Source: Candidatus Nanosyncoccus sp.
GTDB taxonomy: Bacteria; Patescibacteriota; Saccharimonadia; Saccharimonadales; Saccharimonadaceae
NCBI GenBank assembly: GCA_045646085.1
Contig: JAZRJZ010000006.1
Coordinates: 17,164-81,163 of the forward strand
Length of the DNA: 64,000 bases
Reading direction: 5' to 3'
Under the pieces are notes generated by a model. It had not been told where the DNA came from. It was given only the letters and a program-made list of their open reading frames with translations, and did no database searches. How positions within the stretch are numbered: the stretch's first letter is position 1; every line of letters begins with the position of its first letter. Both the position numbers and the translations under genes were made by a program. Positions 28,528 through 36,324 of the stretch are shown piece by piece.

Positions 28528-29589
28528 ATGGAAAATCACAATTCATCTCCATTCAAAAACGAAAACAGTTCACCCGTAGATCATGATTTAGACAAAGGCT
28601 TCGGAGAAAAGGCAGAAGCACCCAGCAAAGTATTTTTAGGAAAAACGAAGGATGGCGCAGAGGTTTACGACAGAATAGACAGCCATTTTCACAGCGAAGG
28701 AGGATTAACGCCTGAGCTCTTGGCGGAGGCCATCGGCACTATAAACTCCAAAGGCAGACCATTCATTAAAGAAAAAATAGACTTCGATCACATCATCGGT
28801 GCTCAAACTTGTGTAGAAACTGGGCCAGAAGACGAAATCGTGATGGTTTATCGCAAGGGAAGAAGCGGCCAAACCCCAATGGTAAAAAATCGAGACACAG
28901 AACCGTGTAATTCGATTATAACCATACTCAGAAAAGACTTTTCAGTTCGCGATAAGGACGCTTATGAGATGGCGACCAGCTATATAGGGAGTGACTCCCC
29001 AAGAGAACCTTGGGATCCTAGCATTAGCACAGACAAAGAGCTTCAACAAAGTACAGATTTTTGGAATTCCCACGCTTTGCTTTATGATGATAGCTTAATC
29101 GATTGGGAAAGGACAAAAGCCTTTGAATTTATGTCCGAGCCTACTAAAAGGGCAGAACTTATTCGGCAAAAAACAATCTATGCTGGACTCTTTGTCGATC
29201 CAGTAGATTTATATCAAAAACAGCCATCAACCCTAGAGAAAAGAATCAAAAACCCGCATGTCACCACAGCATTCAAACCAGGCCTCGATCAGCTTCATCT
29301 CGAACAAATCGGGAGCGTCGCCAGAATATTTGCAATTGGTTATGGCAACGATGGAGAAAATGAAGGCTTACTAGTCAGGATTGAAGCGGATGACCCAGAA
29401 ATTCAAGCGGTGTGCGATAATCTAGAAACTCCCCATATCACTCTATCGATTAGCAAAAAAGGACAAGCTGTAAATACGGCGTTTCTCGATTTTGCGCCTC
29501 TTGAGACCCCATTTGAAATAACAGGATACTACGGGTTATTCTCTCAAGGAAAACCCAGAACTAATCCAGCAGAGCTATCAAATAGTTGA
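28528..29589 (+). CDS. Hypothetical protein with a C-terminal 2H-phosphoesterase-like domain (two H-x-T-x motifs)
   Basis: HVTTAF and HITLSI lie ~58 aa apart in the C-terminal third. The N-terminal ~200 aa are unrecognised. Confidence 0.4.
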   Translation: MENHNSSPFKNENSSPVDHDLDKGFGEKAEAPSKVFLGKTKDGAEVYDRIDSHFHSEGGLTPELLAEAIGTINSKGRPFIKEKIDFDHIIGAQTCVETGPEDEIVMVYRKGRSGQTPMVKNRDTEPCNSIITILRKDFSVRDKDAYEMATSYIGSDSPREPWDPSISTDKELQQSTDFWNSHALLYDDSLIDWERTKAFEFMSEPTKRAELIRQKTIYAGLFVDPVDLYQKQPSTLEKRIKNPHVTTAFKPGLDQLHLEQIGSVARIFAIGYGNDGENEGLLVRIEADDPEIQAVCDNLETPHITLSISKKGQAVNTAFLDFAPLETPFEITGYYGLFSQGKPRTNPAELSNS

Positions 29590-29651
29590 ACTAATTTCGA
29601 CAATTATTCCATTCTTTACCACTATAATTGGCAAGAATTGAAACAACCCAA

Positions 29652-29680
29652 TTGACAAAAACACATTTTAGTGTTATTAT
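29652..29680 (+). promoter_or_regulatory. Promoter TTGACAAAA-...-TATTAT for kinase 1
   Basis: 17-nt spacer. It belongs to the repeated promoter cassette (TTTCGACAA lies 57 nt upstream). Confidence 0.55.
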
Positions 29681-29737
29681 AGCATTATCGCTCAACGGGT
29701 TGAACATTTTCAAGCAATTAGGAGGAGGTGTTATTGC

Positions 29738-30193
29738 GTGGCCAAATTTATTGCGATGGTTGGCATTGCCGGTTCTGGCAAGTCAACGATAGTGGCCAAG
29801 TTGGCAAAAGAGTATGAAGCTGTCGTATGTAGTTCCGATGCTATTCGCGGGGAATTGTATGGCGATGAGTCCATCCAAGGAGACTTTCAGTATGTTTATA
29901 AGCTTATGGAAGAACGTGCTAAGGAGGCTCTCGAGGCAGGACGTAACGTCATTTACGACGCCACCAACGTCACAGCCTGGCGACGCCGTCAAATACTAGC
30001 TTGGCTTCCTCAGGGAGTTGAAAAGGAGTGCGTTTGGGTCAATGTGCCCATTGAAAAGGCACTTCAAAACAATCTGAAGCGAGATCGTCACGTTCCCGAA
30101 TGGGTAGTTCGTCAGCATGCAAAACAGCTAGAGCCGCCCACTTTGACGGAAGGATGGAATCATATTCGCGTTGTCGAATGGCCTCAACACTAA
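29738..30193 (+). CDS. P-loop polynucleotide-kinase-like protein (Pnkp/T4 Pnk kinase-domain type, AAA_33-like), paralog 1
   Basis: GIAGSGKST Walker A, SSDAIRGELYGD, YDATN, RDRHVPEWVV. GTG start behind AGGAGGAGG. Confidence 0.6.
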   Translation: MAKFIAMVGIAGSGKSTIVAKLAKEYEAVVCSSDAIRGELYGDESIQGDFQYVYKLMEERAKEALEAGRNVIYDATNVTAWRRRQILAWLPQGVEKECVWVNVPIEKALQNNLKRDRHVPEWVVRQHAKQLEPPTLTEGWNHIRVVEWPQH

Positions 30194-30219
30194 AGGCGGA
30201 CTAATTAGTCCGCCTTTTT
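30192..30219. terminator. Bidirectional terminator AAAGGCGGACT-AATT-AGTCCGCCTTTTT
   Basis: The stem is almost identical to the terminator at 32162-32189. Confidence 0.8.
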
Positions 30220-30996
30220 ACTATTTTTTTGTTTCAATTCCGTTTGATCAGTTGCTTTACGAATGTATTTTCTAGCAAATAAGAAAAATTGACGCATCGC
30301 ATCAGCTATCTCCGGAGACTCTATCAGCGTAGACATTCCGTCCTTTCCGTAGTTAATAAAGGCTACATTATCTCCAAAAATATCAATTTCCACCGGAGAA
30401 TCATACTCAGAACCAGGCAAAACCGTTCGATCAAGTAATACCTTTTTCGCTGTCTTACTATCTAGATTTACAAAATCATGAGAGGTAATATTATTAGCTT
30501 CAATTTTGGCCGCAACGCGTCGTTTTTTAAAATCTTCAAGCGCCTCGTTATCCGCCATTTCATCAAACTTACTTCTTACAAAATAAAAAGTTCGTCCAGT
30601 ATCCACAATTTTGTCATAGATCATCTTCACCCCCTCCTGCCCATAAAAAGTCGCTACGCCTGGCTCATGTTGACGTTCATTATAATAGTTAATAATCGAG
30701 GGAAGATTACTCTCTAGATTCTTCGCCTGTCTCGCTACAACACGCAGGCGCTTCTCGGCAATGGTTTCAAGTGCAGAAGGATGCTTTGGTACGTAAGCGG
30801 CGATTTTACCTCTGTCTTTCTGGGCAATCAGACCAATTTTCTCTAACTTTTCCGCTGCGGAATAAACCGTAGTTCGATTTTCTCCGATACCATTAGCAAT
30901 TTCAGTAGGGGTGCTTTGCCCGTTTTCTACTAGAAATAAATAGATGTTTGCTTGCATTTCCGACAAGCCAATTTGAGTTAAAATACTTTTGTCCAT
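30205..30996 (-). CDS. TrmB-family transcriptional regulator
   Basis: N-terminal wHTH: LTQIGLSEMQANIYLFLVENGQSTPTEIANGIGENRTTVYSAAEKLEKIGLI. The start was trimmed to MDKSIL. Confidence 0.6.
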   Translation of the reverse strand: MDKSILTQIGLSEMQANIYLFLVENGQSTPTEIANGIGENRTTVYSAAEKLEKIGLIAQKDRGKIAAYVPKHPSALETIAEKRLRVVARQAKNLESNLPSIINYYNERQHEPGVATFYGQEGVKMIYDKIVDTGRTFYFVRSKFDEMADNEALEDFKKRRVAAKIEANNITSHDFVNLDSKTAKKVLLDRTVLPGSEYDSPVEIDIFGDNVAFINYGKDGMSTLIESPEIADAMRQFFLFARKYIRKATDQTELKQKNSKKAD

Positions 30997-31093
30997 AGAT
31001 CCATTATAGTCCCAAAAATAGGATTTTGTCAATATCATTTCGACAAAATTTCAAATCCCCACCTCTATAAAAAATAAATTTATGTTATTATAG

Positions 31094-31122
31094 TTGACAA
31101 AAATAGAGTTTTTTGCTATACT
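31094..31122 (+). promoter_or_regulatory. Promoter TTGACAAAA-17-TATACT for the large untranslated transcript
   Basis: Read directly. It is divergent from the TrmB-like gene. Confidence 0.65.
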
Positions 31123-31128
31123 TACAAC

Positions 31129-32189
31129 AGTTGCGAAAAGTTGGGAGCTTCGAGCAATCGCATTTTAAAACATTGTTCCAAAATCACTTCACAGTTTTTT
31201 AGACAAAGCTTGAGGTGACATTCCAGCGAAATAAAAGGTTGAAGCGGTATTTCGTTGGAGCGTCACCTTAAGCGGACCGCTTTTGGTGGCGACGTCGCGT
31301 CGTATAATGCTAAACCAGTTGTAGAGGTAAGATTTGACCCTTGCCTTGGCTGGATACACAGAAGGCCGTCTTTGACGGCTAGACACGAGAAAGCTATCAA
31401 AAGCAGAATTGCCTCCGTGTGAGATAGCAAGTATCGAGGGAGTTTAGTAATAAACTCCTATACGATACCCGAAAGGGAATCGTAAAAACTGTGTAGTATG
31501 GACGTTTTGGAGCGAACCGATCGTAAGGTTTGCTTATGTTGTACAGCACACGAGCCTAAGAACGGGACACGGTGACGGCCTCTTGCCTCCAAGTGGAGAC
31601 GAGTAGGAGAGAAGGTGGTGTAGTGAATGGCCGCAAACCATTCATCAAACCGCATGGCGTCGCGCTTCCTGAGCCTCAAAAACTCAGGGATGTTTCCCAA
31701 TGTTCGATCCTGGCCTTCAACACAGAGGTGTTGAGGGGTGCCTCAGGAGCCTGCCGGAGGGCAGGAGGTAAGTGGTACCGGGTGGCAAGCGAGGAAGCCT
31801 CGCCTATGAATATGAAACAGTCCTGGACGTTTTGGCGTCCGGGACGAGATTACCGCAAGGTATCTCTAGCCCCTTGGGCTAGCTCGGCGGACTCCGCCGG
31901 TCATATTCAACTCGGTTCGTGTACTAGGTGCCTTACGAGGCTTCCTCACAAAGGTACACGTGGGCAAGCAAACCCAAAGACAGAGGAGTATCGAGTAGGT
32001 GGTCGGCCAACCATTCGAAAGTGCGAGATCTGTTAGAGGGTGTCCATGGCTCAACAACAACAAAACGTTTTCGTCACCAAACCGTAGGGATACGATAAGG
32101 GACGAAGGAAAACCATTGGAAGTATGGCCCCAAGCCAAAACCTTCCTAGCATTTTACACGTGGCGGACTATCAAGTCCGCCTATTTTTT
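31129..32189 (+). ncRNA. Candidate giant structured ncRNA (~1.06 kb), family unassigned
   Basis: It runs from promoter to terminator and carries no credible ORF. At least 13 perfect local hairpins are present, for example 31468-31477 CCCGAAAGGG, GTGAATGG-CCGCAAA-CCATTCAT, CCTGCC-GGAG-GGCAGG, GTCCTGGACG-TTTTGG-CGTCCGGGAC, CTAGCCC-CTT-GGGCTAG and CGGCGG-ACT-CCGCCG. It is more G+C-rich than its flanks. Confidence 0.6.
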
Positions 32190-32265
32190 ACCATAGATTG
32201 TCGAAGTTATTTCGACAAATTCTCGAAATCTCACCCCTGCAAAAATCACAATCATAACTTTGCAA

Positions 32266-32294
32266 TTGACAAAATACGTCATTTCTGCTATAAT
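32266..32294 (+). promoter_or_regulatory. Promoter TTGACAAAA-17-TATAAT for the DUF1874 gene (structured ~165-nt 5' UTR)
   Basis: Read directly. The inverted repeat TTGTCGAA-N5-TTCGACAA lies 56 nt upstream. Confidence 0.65.
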
Positions 32295-32465
32295 GGTAGC
32301 AACAATCAGCAAATGATTGTGCAGTTTAAAATAGCATTAAGATATCCTGTTGGTTCCTGTGGCTAATTGTGGGTTATTTAGTCTAGCCTACAATCAGCCA
32401 CAGGAGACGTCCTTGGCCGAAATATCTTTTCGGCCGACGGGCCAAAAACAGGAAAGGAGCGCGGT

Positions 32466-32792
32466 ATGAATTACCTCGCCAACGCCTTCAGTTTGCAGAT
32501 GCTTGATGTCGCCACGGAGATTAACGTCTCCATCCGGCCTATCGAGCCGACCGAGGTCCCCTCGGACGCGATCAGCTGCATCGGCCATGCCGATACGGCG
32601 AATGTCGTATCCGACCTCCTCGGCCGGCCGGTAGCGTGCCACCGGGCGAGCATTGCCCTTGAAGAAGACGACGTCTTGTACGTCGCCCAAATCATGGGCG
32701 GGCGACTGCCTGAAGGCGCCACCACCCTACCGGAGGGGTTTAGCCTTCAGTTCCTGGAGGTAGTCCCCTACATCAAAGTCCTCCCGTATTAG
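32466..32792 (+). CDS. DUF1874-family protein (AcrIII-1/Crn2-type cyclic tetra-adenylate ring nuclease family)
   Basis: 108 aa. The N-terminus is YLANAFSLQML, followed by SCIGHADTANVVSDLLG and GGRLPEGATTLPEG, the pattern I associate with SIRV1 gp29, STIV B116 and ICEBs1 YddF. RBS GGAAAGGAG. Confidence 0.65.
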   Translation: MNYLANAFSLQMLDVATEINVSIRPIEPTEVPSDAISCIGHADTANVVSDLLGRPVACHRASIALEEDDVLYVAQIMGGRLPEGATTLPEGFSLQFLEVVPYIKVLPY

Positions 32793-32998
32793 GAGGCGCG
32801 ATTGCCCTTCTGGGGCGGAAAGGGGCGGCATATGCTCCGTAGTATCTTCCCAGGGGTCGACCTGGGTTACCAAAACGACACCAAACTCTCTAGGCCCCGG
32901 GGAGAACATATTTAAGGGGTCTGCCGGAAAAACCGGCAAATGGGGGTAGTGTACTCCCGCCCCCTAGAGGGGCAACTAGAGGCGAAAGCCTAGTTGTA

Positions 32999-33085
32999 GC
33001 GCAGTTTTGAGTCTGCGCTCGCCCAGCTAAAGGGTGCACAAGTTAAAACTCAACCTCCAGGGCGGGCTCTCTGCTCGCCCTCTTT
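32999..33085 (+). other. 3'-UTR structured motif copy A: hairpin, mini-hairpin, loop-complementary segment (pseudoknot), terminator-like hairpin
   Basis: GCGCAG-TTTTGAGT-CTGCGC ... CCC-AGCTAAA-GGG ... ACTCAA ... GGGCG-N11-CGCCC-TCTTTCC. Confidence 0.5.
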
Positions 33086-33188
33086 CCATATTTGAAGCTA
33101 GATAATTGCGAACCACTTCGTTCTCAGCTATCTCGTTTCAAACGAAACGGGAGAATGTTTACAATTGGGAAAGAAAGGAGGCCACATT

Positions 33189-33890
33189 ATGGCCACCTCC
33201 ATCAACAACCAAGGCTCCACCACGACCTTGCAGATGGGCGACTTGATCGTTCTGTCGTTGCAGGATGATTACGTTTGGGAAAACGAGCTCATGACGCGCT
33301 CTTTTCCATTCAAACTGCAAGATGCGGCCGGAATGCGACCGGGGGATGTTTTTGCCCCTCGCGCTGGCATCGTCGCTGGCCTAACCTCCTATGAGGGAAT
33401 AGAGACTCTGGTTTACCAGAGCTTCCACTGCGGGCGGTATGCTCCCGCCGGGATGGAGGTTGTCCTTTGCCTAGAGGATAGTCTCTTCTCGGTTCAGCGC
33501 TATTCGCCATGGAGTGGGCACTTCGGCCTTCCTAAGCGAATGGACTCAAGGCAGTTTAGCTTCGACTCCTCCTTCTTCTATGGGGAAGTTTCCCCTAGGA
33601 AAAGGTTGGGCGATGTCTTAGCCGATAACCCCCCTGTCGTCTTAGCTCGCATCAAAGAGGAAGCTCGTCAACAGGCGAGATGTAACTCCTTACAAAGCTA
33701 TGGTGGCAAGGGGGCAGAAGACATCAAATTCCCGCCCGACGCTCTGCTACTCGATTTGTATCGAGCGGCAAGAGTTATGGGGCACAGGGAAGTCTATGTC
33801 CCAACCTTCTACACTCTCCGCTCATGCATTTTAGAGCGGGACGGGGAAAGAAGGAGAATTGCGGCTAGGGTCTCTCTAGAGAATTTCTAG
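33189..33890 (+). CDS. Hypothetical protein (G+C-rich gene)
   Basis: ATG behind an AAAGGAGG RBS. No recognisable motif. Confidence 0.5.
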   Translation: MATSINNQGSTTTLQMGDLIVLSLQDDYVWENELMTRSFPFKLQDAAGMRPGDVFAPRAGIVAGLTSYEGIETLVYQSFHCGRYAPAGMEVVLCLEDSLFSVQRYSPWSGHFGLPKRMDSRQFSFDSSFFYGEVSPRKRLGDVLADNPPVVLARIKEEARQQARCNSLQSYGGKGAEDIKFPPDALLLDLYRAARVMGHREVYVPTFYTLRSCILERDGERRRIAARVSLENF

Positions 33891-33900
33891 TCGTCCGACT

Positions 33901-33991
33901 CGCGCAGTTCTGGGTCTGCGTAAGCCCCTTTTTAGGGCAAAACAAAACCCAGAAAAATCTTTCTGCCCTCGGCTTTATCCGGGGGCTTTTT
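33901..33991 (+). other. 3'-UTR structured motif copy B (same architecture as 32999-33085), ending in an intrinsic terminator
   Basis: CGCAG-TTCTGGGT-CTGCG ... GCCC-CTTTTTA-GGGC ... ACCCAGAA ... CCCTCGG-CTTTAT-CCGGGGG-CTTTTT. Confidence 0.5.
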
Positions 33992-34058
33992 CATTAGTCA
34001 ATGCCCAACCCATCTTTTTTAGACACACCAAGCCCCATATGCTAGAATAACCATAAGC

Positions 34059-34757
34059 ATGCCAAAAAAGAACAAGTCTAAAACAACTAAAATTAAGTTC
34101 AATCTACTCGATTGGTTGTGTTTCGCCATCAGCGCAGTAGTATCTCTTATAATTATTCTTTTTTACCACGAAAACCCTCCTTTTTACACCTTCATGGGTA
34201 TCGTAGCTTTAAATACCGGCGTCATCGGTACAATATTAAACATCAAAGGCTACCGCAGTAATTACATTTTCGCCCTCATCAACGCTTTCGCCTGTTTTTA
34301 TACGTCCTGGATTAATCATTTCATCGGTAACGCACTAATGAATCTCGCATTCTACGGTCCGGCCAATTTAGTAGGTTTTCATTCTTGGGGTAAACACAGC
34401 GGAAAAGACAAAAAAGTGATTGCACGCAAATTTACTCTAATCCAAGCTATTGCCGCTGCCTTCATATTCATTATTACTACCATTCTGTTCAATGTTATTC
34501 TAGTCGCCTTAGGCGGTTCACAAACCATCCTAGATAGCGCGACTACAGTTTTAGCAGTGTTTGCTATCATCCTCTCTATTCTTCGTTTTCGCGAGCAATG
34601 GGTCTTTTGGCTTTTGTCCGACATCCTTCAACTAATCATGTGGACTACAACTAACGACCCGGCCGTGCTCGCGCTTAGAATATTCTTCCCACTTAGTTCT
34701 ATTTACGGCTACATCAGCTGGCGAAAACTCATTAAAAAACCAAAAAATAGGCGCTAA
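34059..34757 (+). CDS. pnuC: Nicotinamide riboside transporter PnuC family
   Basis: Polytopic, with a PnuC-like pattern (NIKGYRSNYIFALINA ... W.N ... SWGKH ... WT). Confidence 0.6.
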   Translation: MPKKNKSKTTKIKFNLLDWLCFAISAVVSLIIILFYHENPPFYTFMGIVALNTGVIGTILNIKGYRSNYIFALINAFACFYTSWINHFIGNALMNLAFYGPANLVGFHSWGKHSGKDKKVIARKFTLIQAIAAAFIFIITTILFNVILVALGGSQTILDSATTVLAVFAIILSILRFREQWVFWLLSDILQLIMWTTTNDPAVLALRIFFPLSSIYGYISWRKLIKKPKNRR

Positions 34758-34798
34758 TCATCCTCGTTTATAAGGGAATAATCTGATATAATTGAGAG

Positions 34799-35500
34799 AT
34801 GAGCACAAGTTACGATATTGTTTATTTTGTGAAAGAAGAAAAAACCAACGAAGAGTTGCGTTTTTCGCTTCGCTCTATAGAAAGAAACTTTCCTCATGCA
34901 AGAGTTTGGTTTTATGGCTGTGCTCCAGAGGGAATTAAACCAGATAAGTTAGTTAGATTTGTTCAGGCTAATGAAGAAAAATATTCAAATGTCGGCACGA
35001 TGATGACCATGGCTTTCGCCAACAAAGAAATCAGTGAGAACTTTTGGATTTTTAACGACGATTTCTTTATTATGAAGCCAGTCAAAGATTATAAACCGCA
35101 TTATGATGGAGATTTATACCGGTATATCGTCGCAGTCGAAAACAACAACGACGAGCAAGTCTCGCGGTATACTCACATTCTTCGCTCAACCGCAAAACTA
35201 TTAGAGGAAAATGGATTGCAGACTAGAAATTACGAAACTCATACTCCGCTTCTCGTTAATCGCGAAAAAGCCCTCTTCATCAGAACGCATTTCGGCGCCG
35301 GTATGGCCTTTCGCTCTCTTTACGGCAATTATTGGAAAATCGGCGGCGTCAATCAGCCAGACGTCAAAACAGCCGATCCATCTACCCCCTTCGACAAAGA
35401 TTCCGACGTCTTATCCACCTCAGATATCAATTTTAAAGTCGGTGATATTGGCGAATATATCCGCAACAAATTTCAAAACAAAAGTCGATTCGAAGACTAA
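34799..35500 (+). CDS. Stealth-like (CR2-CR4-like) putative sugar-phosphotransferase
   Basis: EELRFSLRSIERNFP, FNDDFFIMKPV and ETHTP resemble the Stealth conserved regions. Confidence 0.35.
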   Translation: MSTSYDIVYFVKEEKTNEELRFSLRSIERNFPHARVWFYGCAPEGIKPDKLVRFVQANEEKYSNVGTMMTMAFANKEISENFWIFNDDFFIMKPVKDYKPHYDGDLYRYIVAVENNNDEQVSRYTHILRSTAKLLEENGLQTRNYETHTPLLVNREKALFIRTHFGAGMAFRSLYGNYWKIGGVNQPDVKTADPSTPFDKDSDVLSTSDINFKVGDIGEYIRNKFQNKSRFED

Positions 35501-35590
35501 ACCTCTCTCTGATGGTATAATAGTACTATAGCATTCGTATGAAATGTTAGTACTTCAAAGTTTTGCCCCTACAACAGAAAGGAGGCCGTA

Positions 35591-36034
35591 ATGGCTCCTA
35601 GATTTGTCATGATGGTTGGCTTGGCCGGCTCTGGTAAATCTACAGTCGCCAAACGCCTCGCAACCGAAAACGGCGCTCACATAATCAGCTCTGACTCCAT
35701 CAGGAAAGAGCTCTATGGCGACGAAACTATTCAGGGTGACTCTAAGCTCGTATTTCGACTTATGGACGAACGGTGCCTGGCCGCTCTCGCGCAGGGAACA
35801 AGCGTTATTTACGACGCCACCAATGTCTCTGTTCGTTTCCGTGAACAGATACTGGAAAAAATCCCTCCAGAAGTTGAAAAAGAATGCGTGTGGGTAAAAA
35901 CCTCAGTCGATGTAGCGCTAGAGCGCAATCTCAAGCGCGACCGGCAGGTCCCCGAATGGGTCATCATCCGACAAGCAAGTCGGCTTCAGCCGCCTACCTG
36001 GGAAGAAGGCTGGAGCCAAATCCGTGTTGTTTAG
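35591..36034 (+). CDS. P-loop polynucleotide-kinase-like protein, paralog 2
   Basis: GLAGSGKST, SSDSIRKELYGD, YDATN, RDRQVPEWVI. About 60% identical to the 29738 product by hand alignment (about 88 of 147 positions). Confidence 0.6.
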   Translation: MAPRFVMMVGLAGSGKSTVAKRLATENGAHIISSDSIRKELYGDETIQGDSKLVFRLMDERCLAALAQGTSVIYDATNVSVRFREQILEKIPPEVEKECVWVKTSVDVALERNLKRDRQVPEWVIIRQASRLQPPTWEEGWSQIRVV

Positions 36035-36043
36035 TCAAAATAC

Positions 36044-36072
36044 TTGACAAAATGAGGAAAATTTGGTATAAT
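36044..36072 (+). promoter_or_regulatory. Promoter TTGACAAAA-17-TATAAT (with TGG extended -10)
   Basis: Read directly. Confidence 0.6.
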
Positions 36073-36126
36073 ACACTACATAAACCAAAACCCGACGCCC
36101 CTCGGGGGGCAGAAAGGAGGCTTGCG

Positions 36127-36264
36127 ATGAGCAAGACTTCCACCAAAAAGACGGCAACCTCCGACCGTCAGTCCCTCCAGCGCTACGCGCTGAAGCAGGC
36201 AACCGCCTCCCGTAACGGGTGGCGGGTGGAGGCGAGGGGTGACGCCCTAATCCTTCGGCGTTAG
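36127..36264 (+). CDS. Small basic protein (45 aa), G+C-rich
   Basis: ATG 8 nt after GAAAGGAGG. The product is MSKTSTKKTATSDRQSLQRYALKQATASRNGWRVEARGDALILRR. It has its own promoter and terminator. Confidence 0.45.
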   Translation: MSKTSTKKTATSDRQSLQRYALKQATASRNGWRVEARGDALILRR

Positions 36265-36324
36265 CCCCCCAACCACCGGTTAGGGCGAACCGGACCACCA
36301 AAATCGCCCAAACCACTAACCCTA

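Noticed and set aside
28528-29150. Possible nucleotidyltransferase (RNA ligase) motif I, K-x-D-G (GKTKDGAEV), in the N-terminal half of the 353-aa protein
   Set aside because: I could not find convincing motifs III, IV or V (for example EGxxxK) downstream. A single KxDG is too weak, so it is left as an unrecognised N-terminal domain.
31572-32036. 154-aa + strand ORF (and 31866-32138 on the minus strand) inside the G+C-rich block
   Set aside because: The composition is Arg/Gly/Cys-rich nonsense, there is no RBS, and the ORFs overlap on both strands. The DNA is better explained as a hairpin-dense untranslated transcript.
35884-36264. 126-aa ORF overlapping the end of kinase 2
   Set aside because: Only the last 46 codons (from the ATG at 36127) follow a promoter and a GAAAGGAGG RBS. 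The upstream part is an out-of-frame read-through of the kinase gene.
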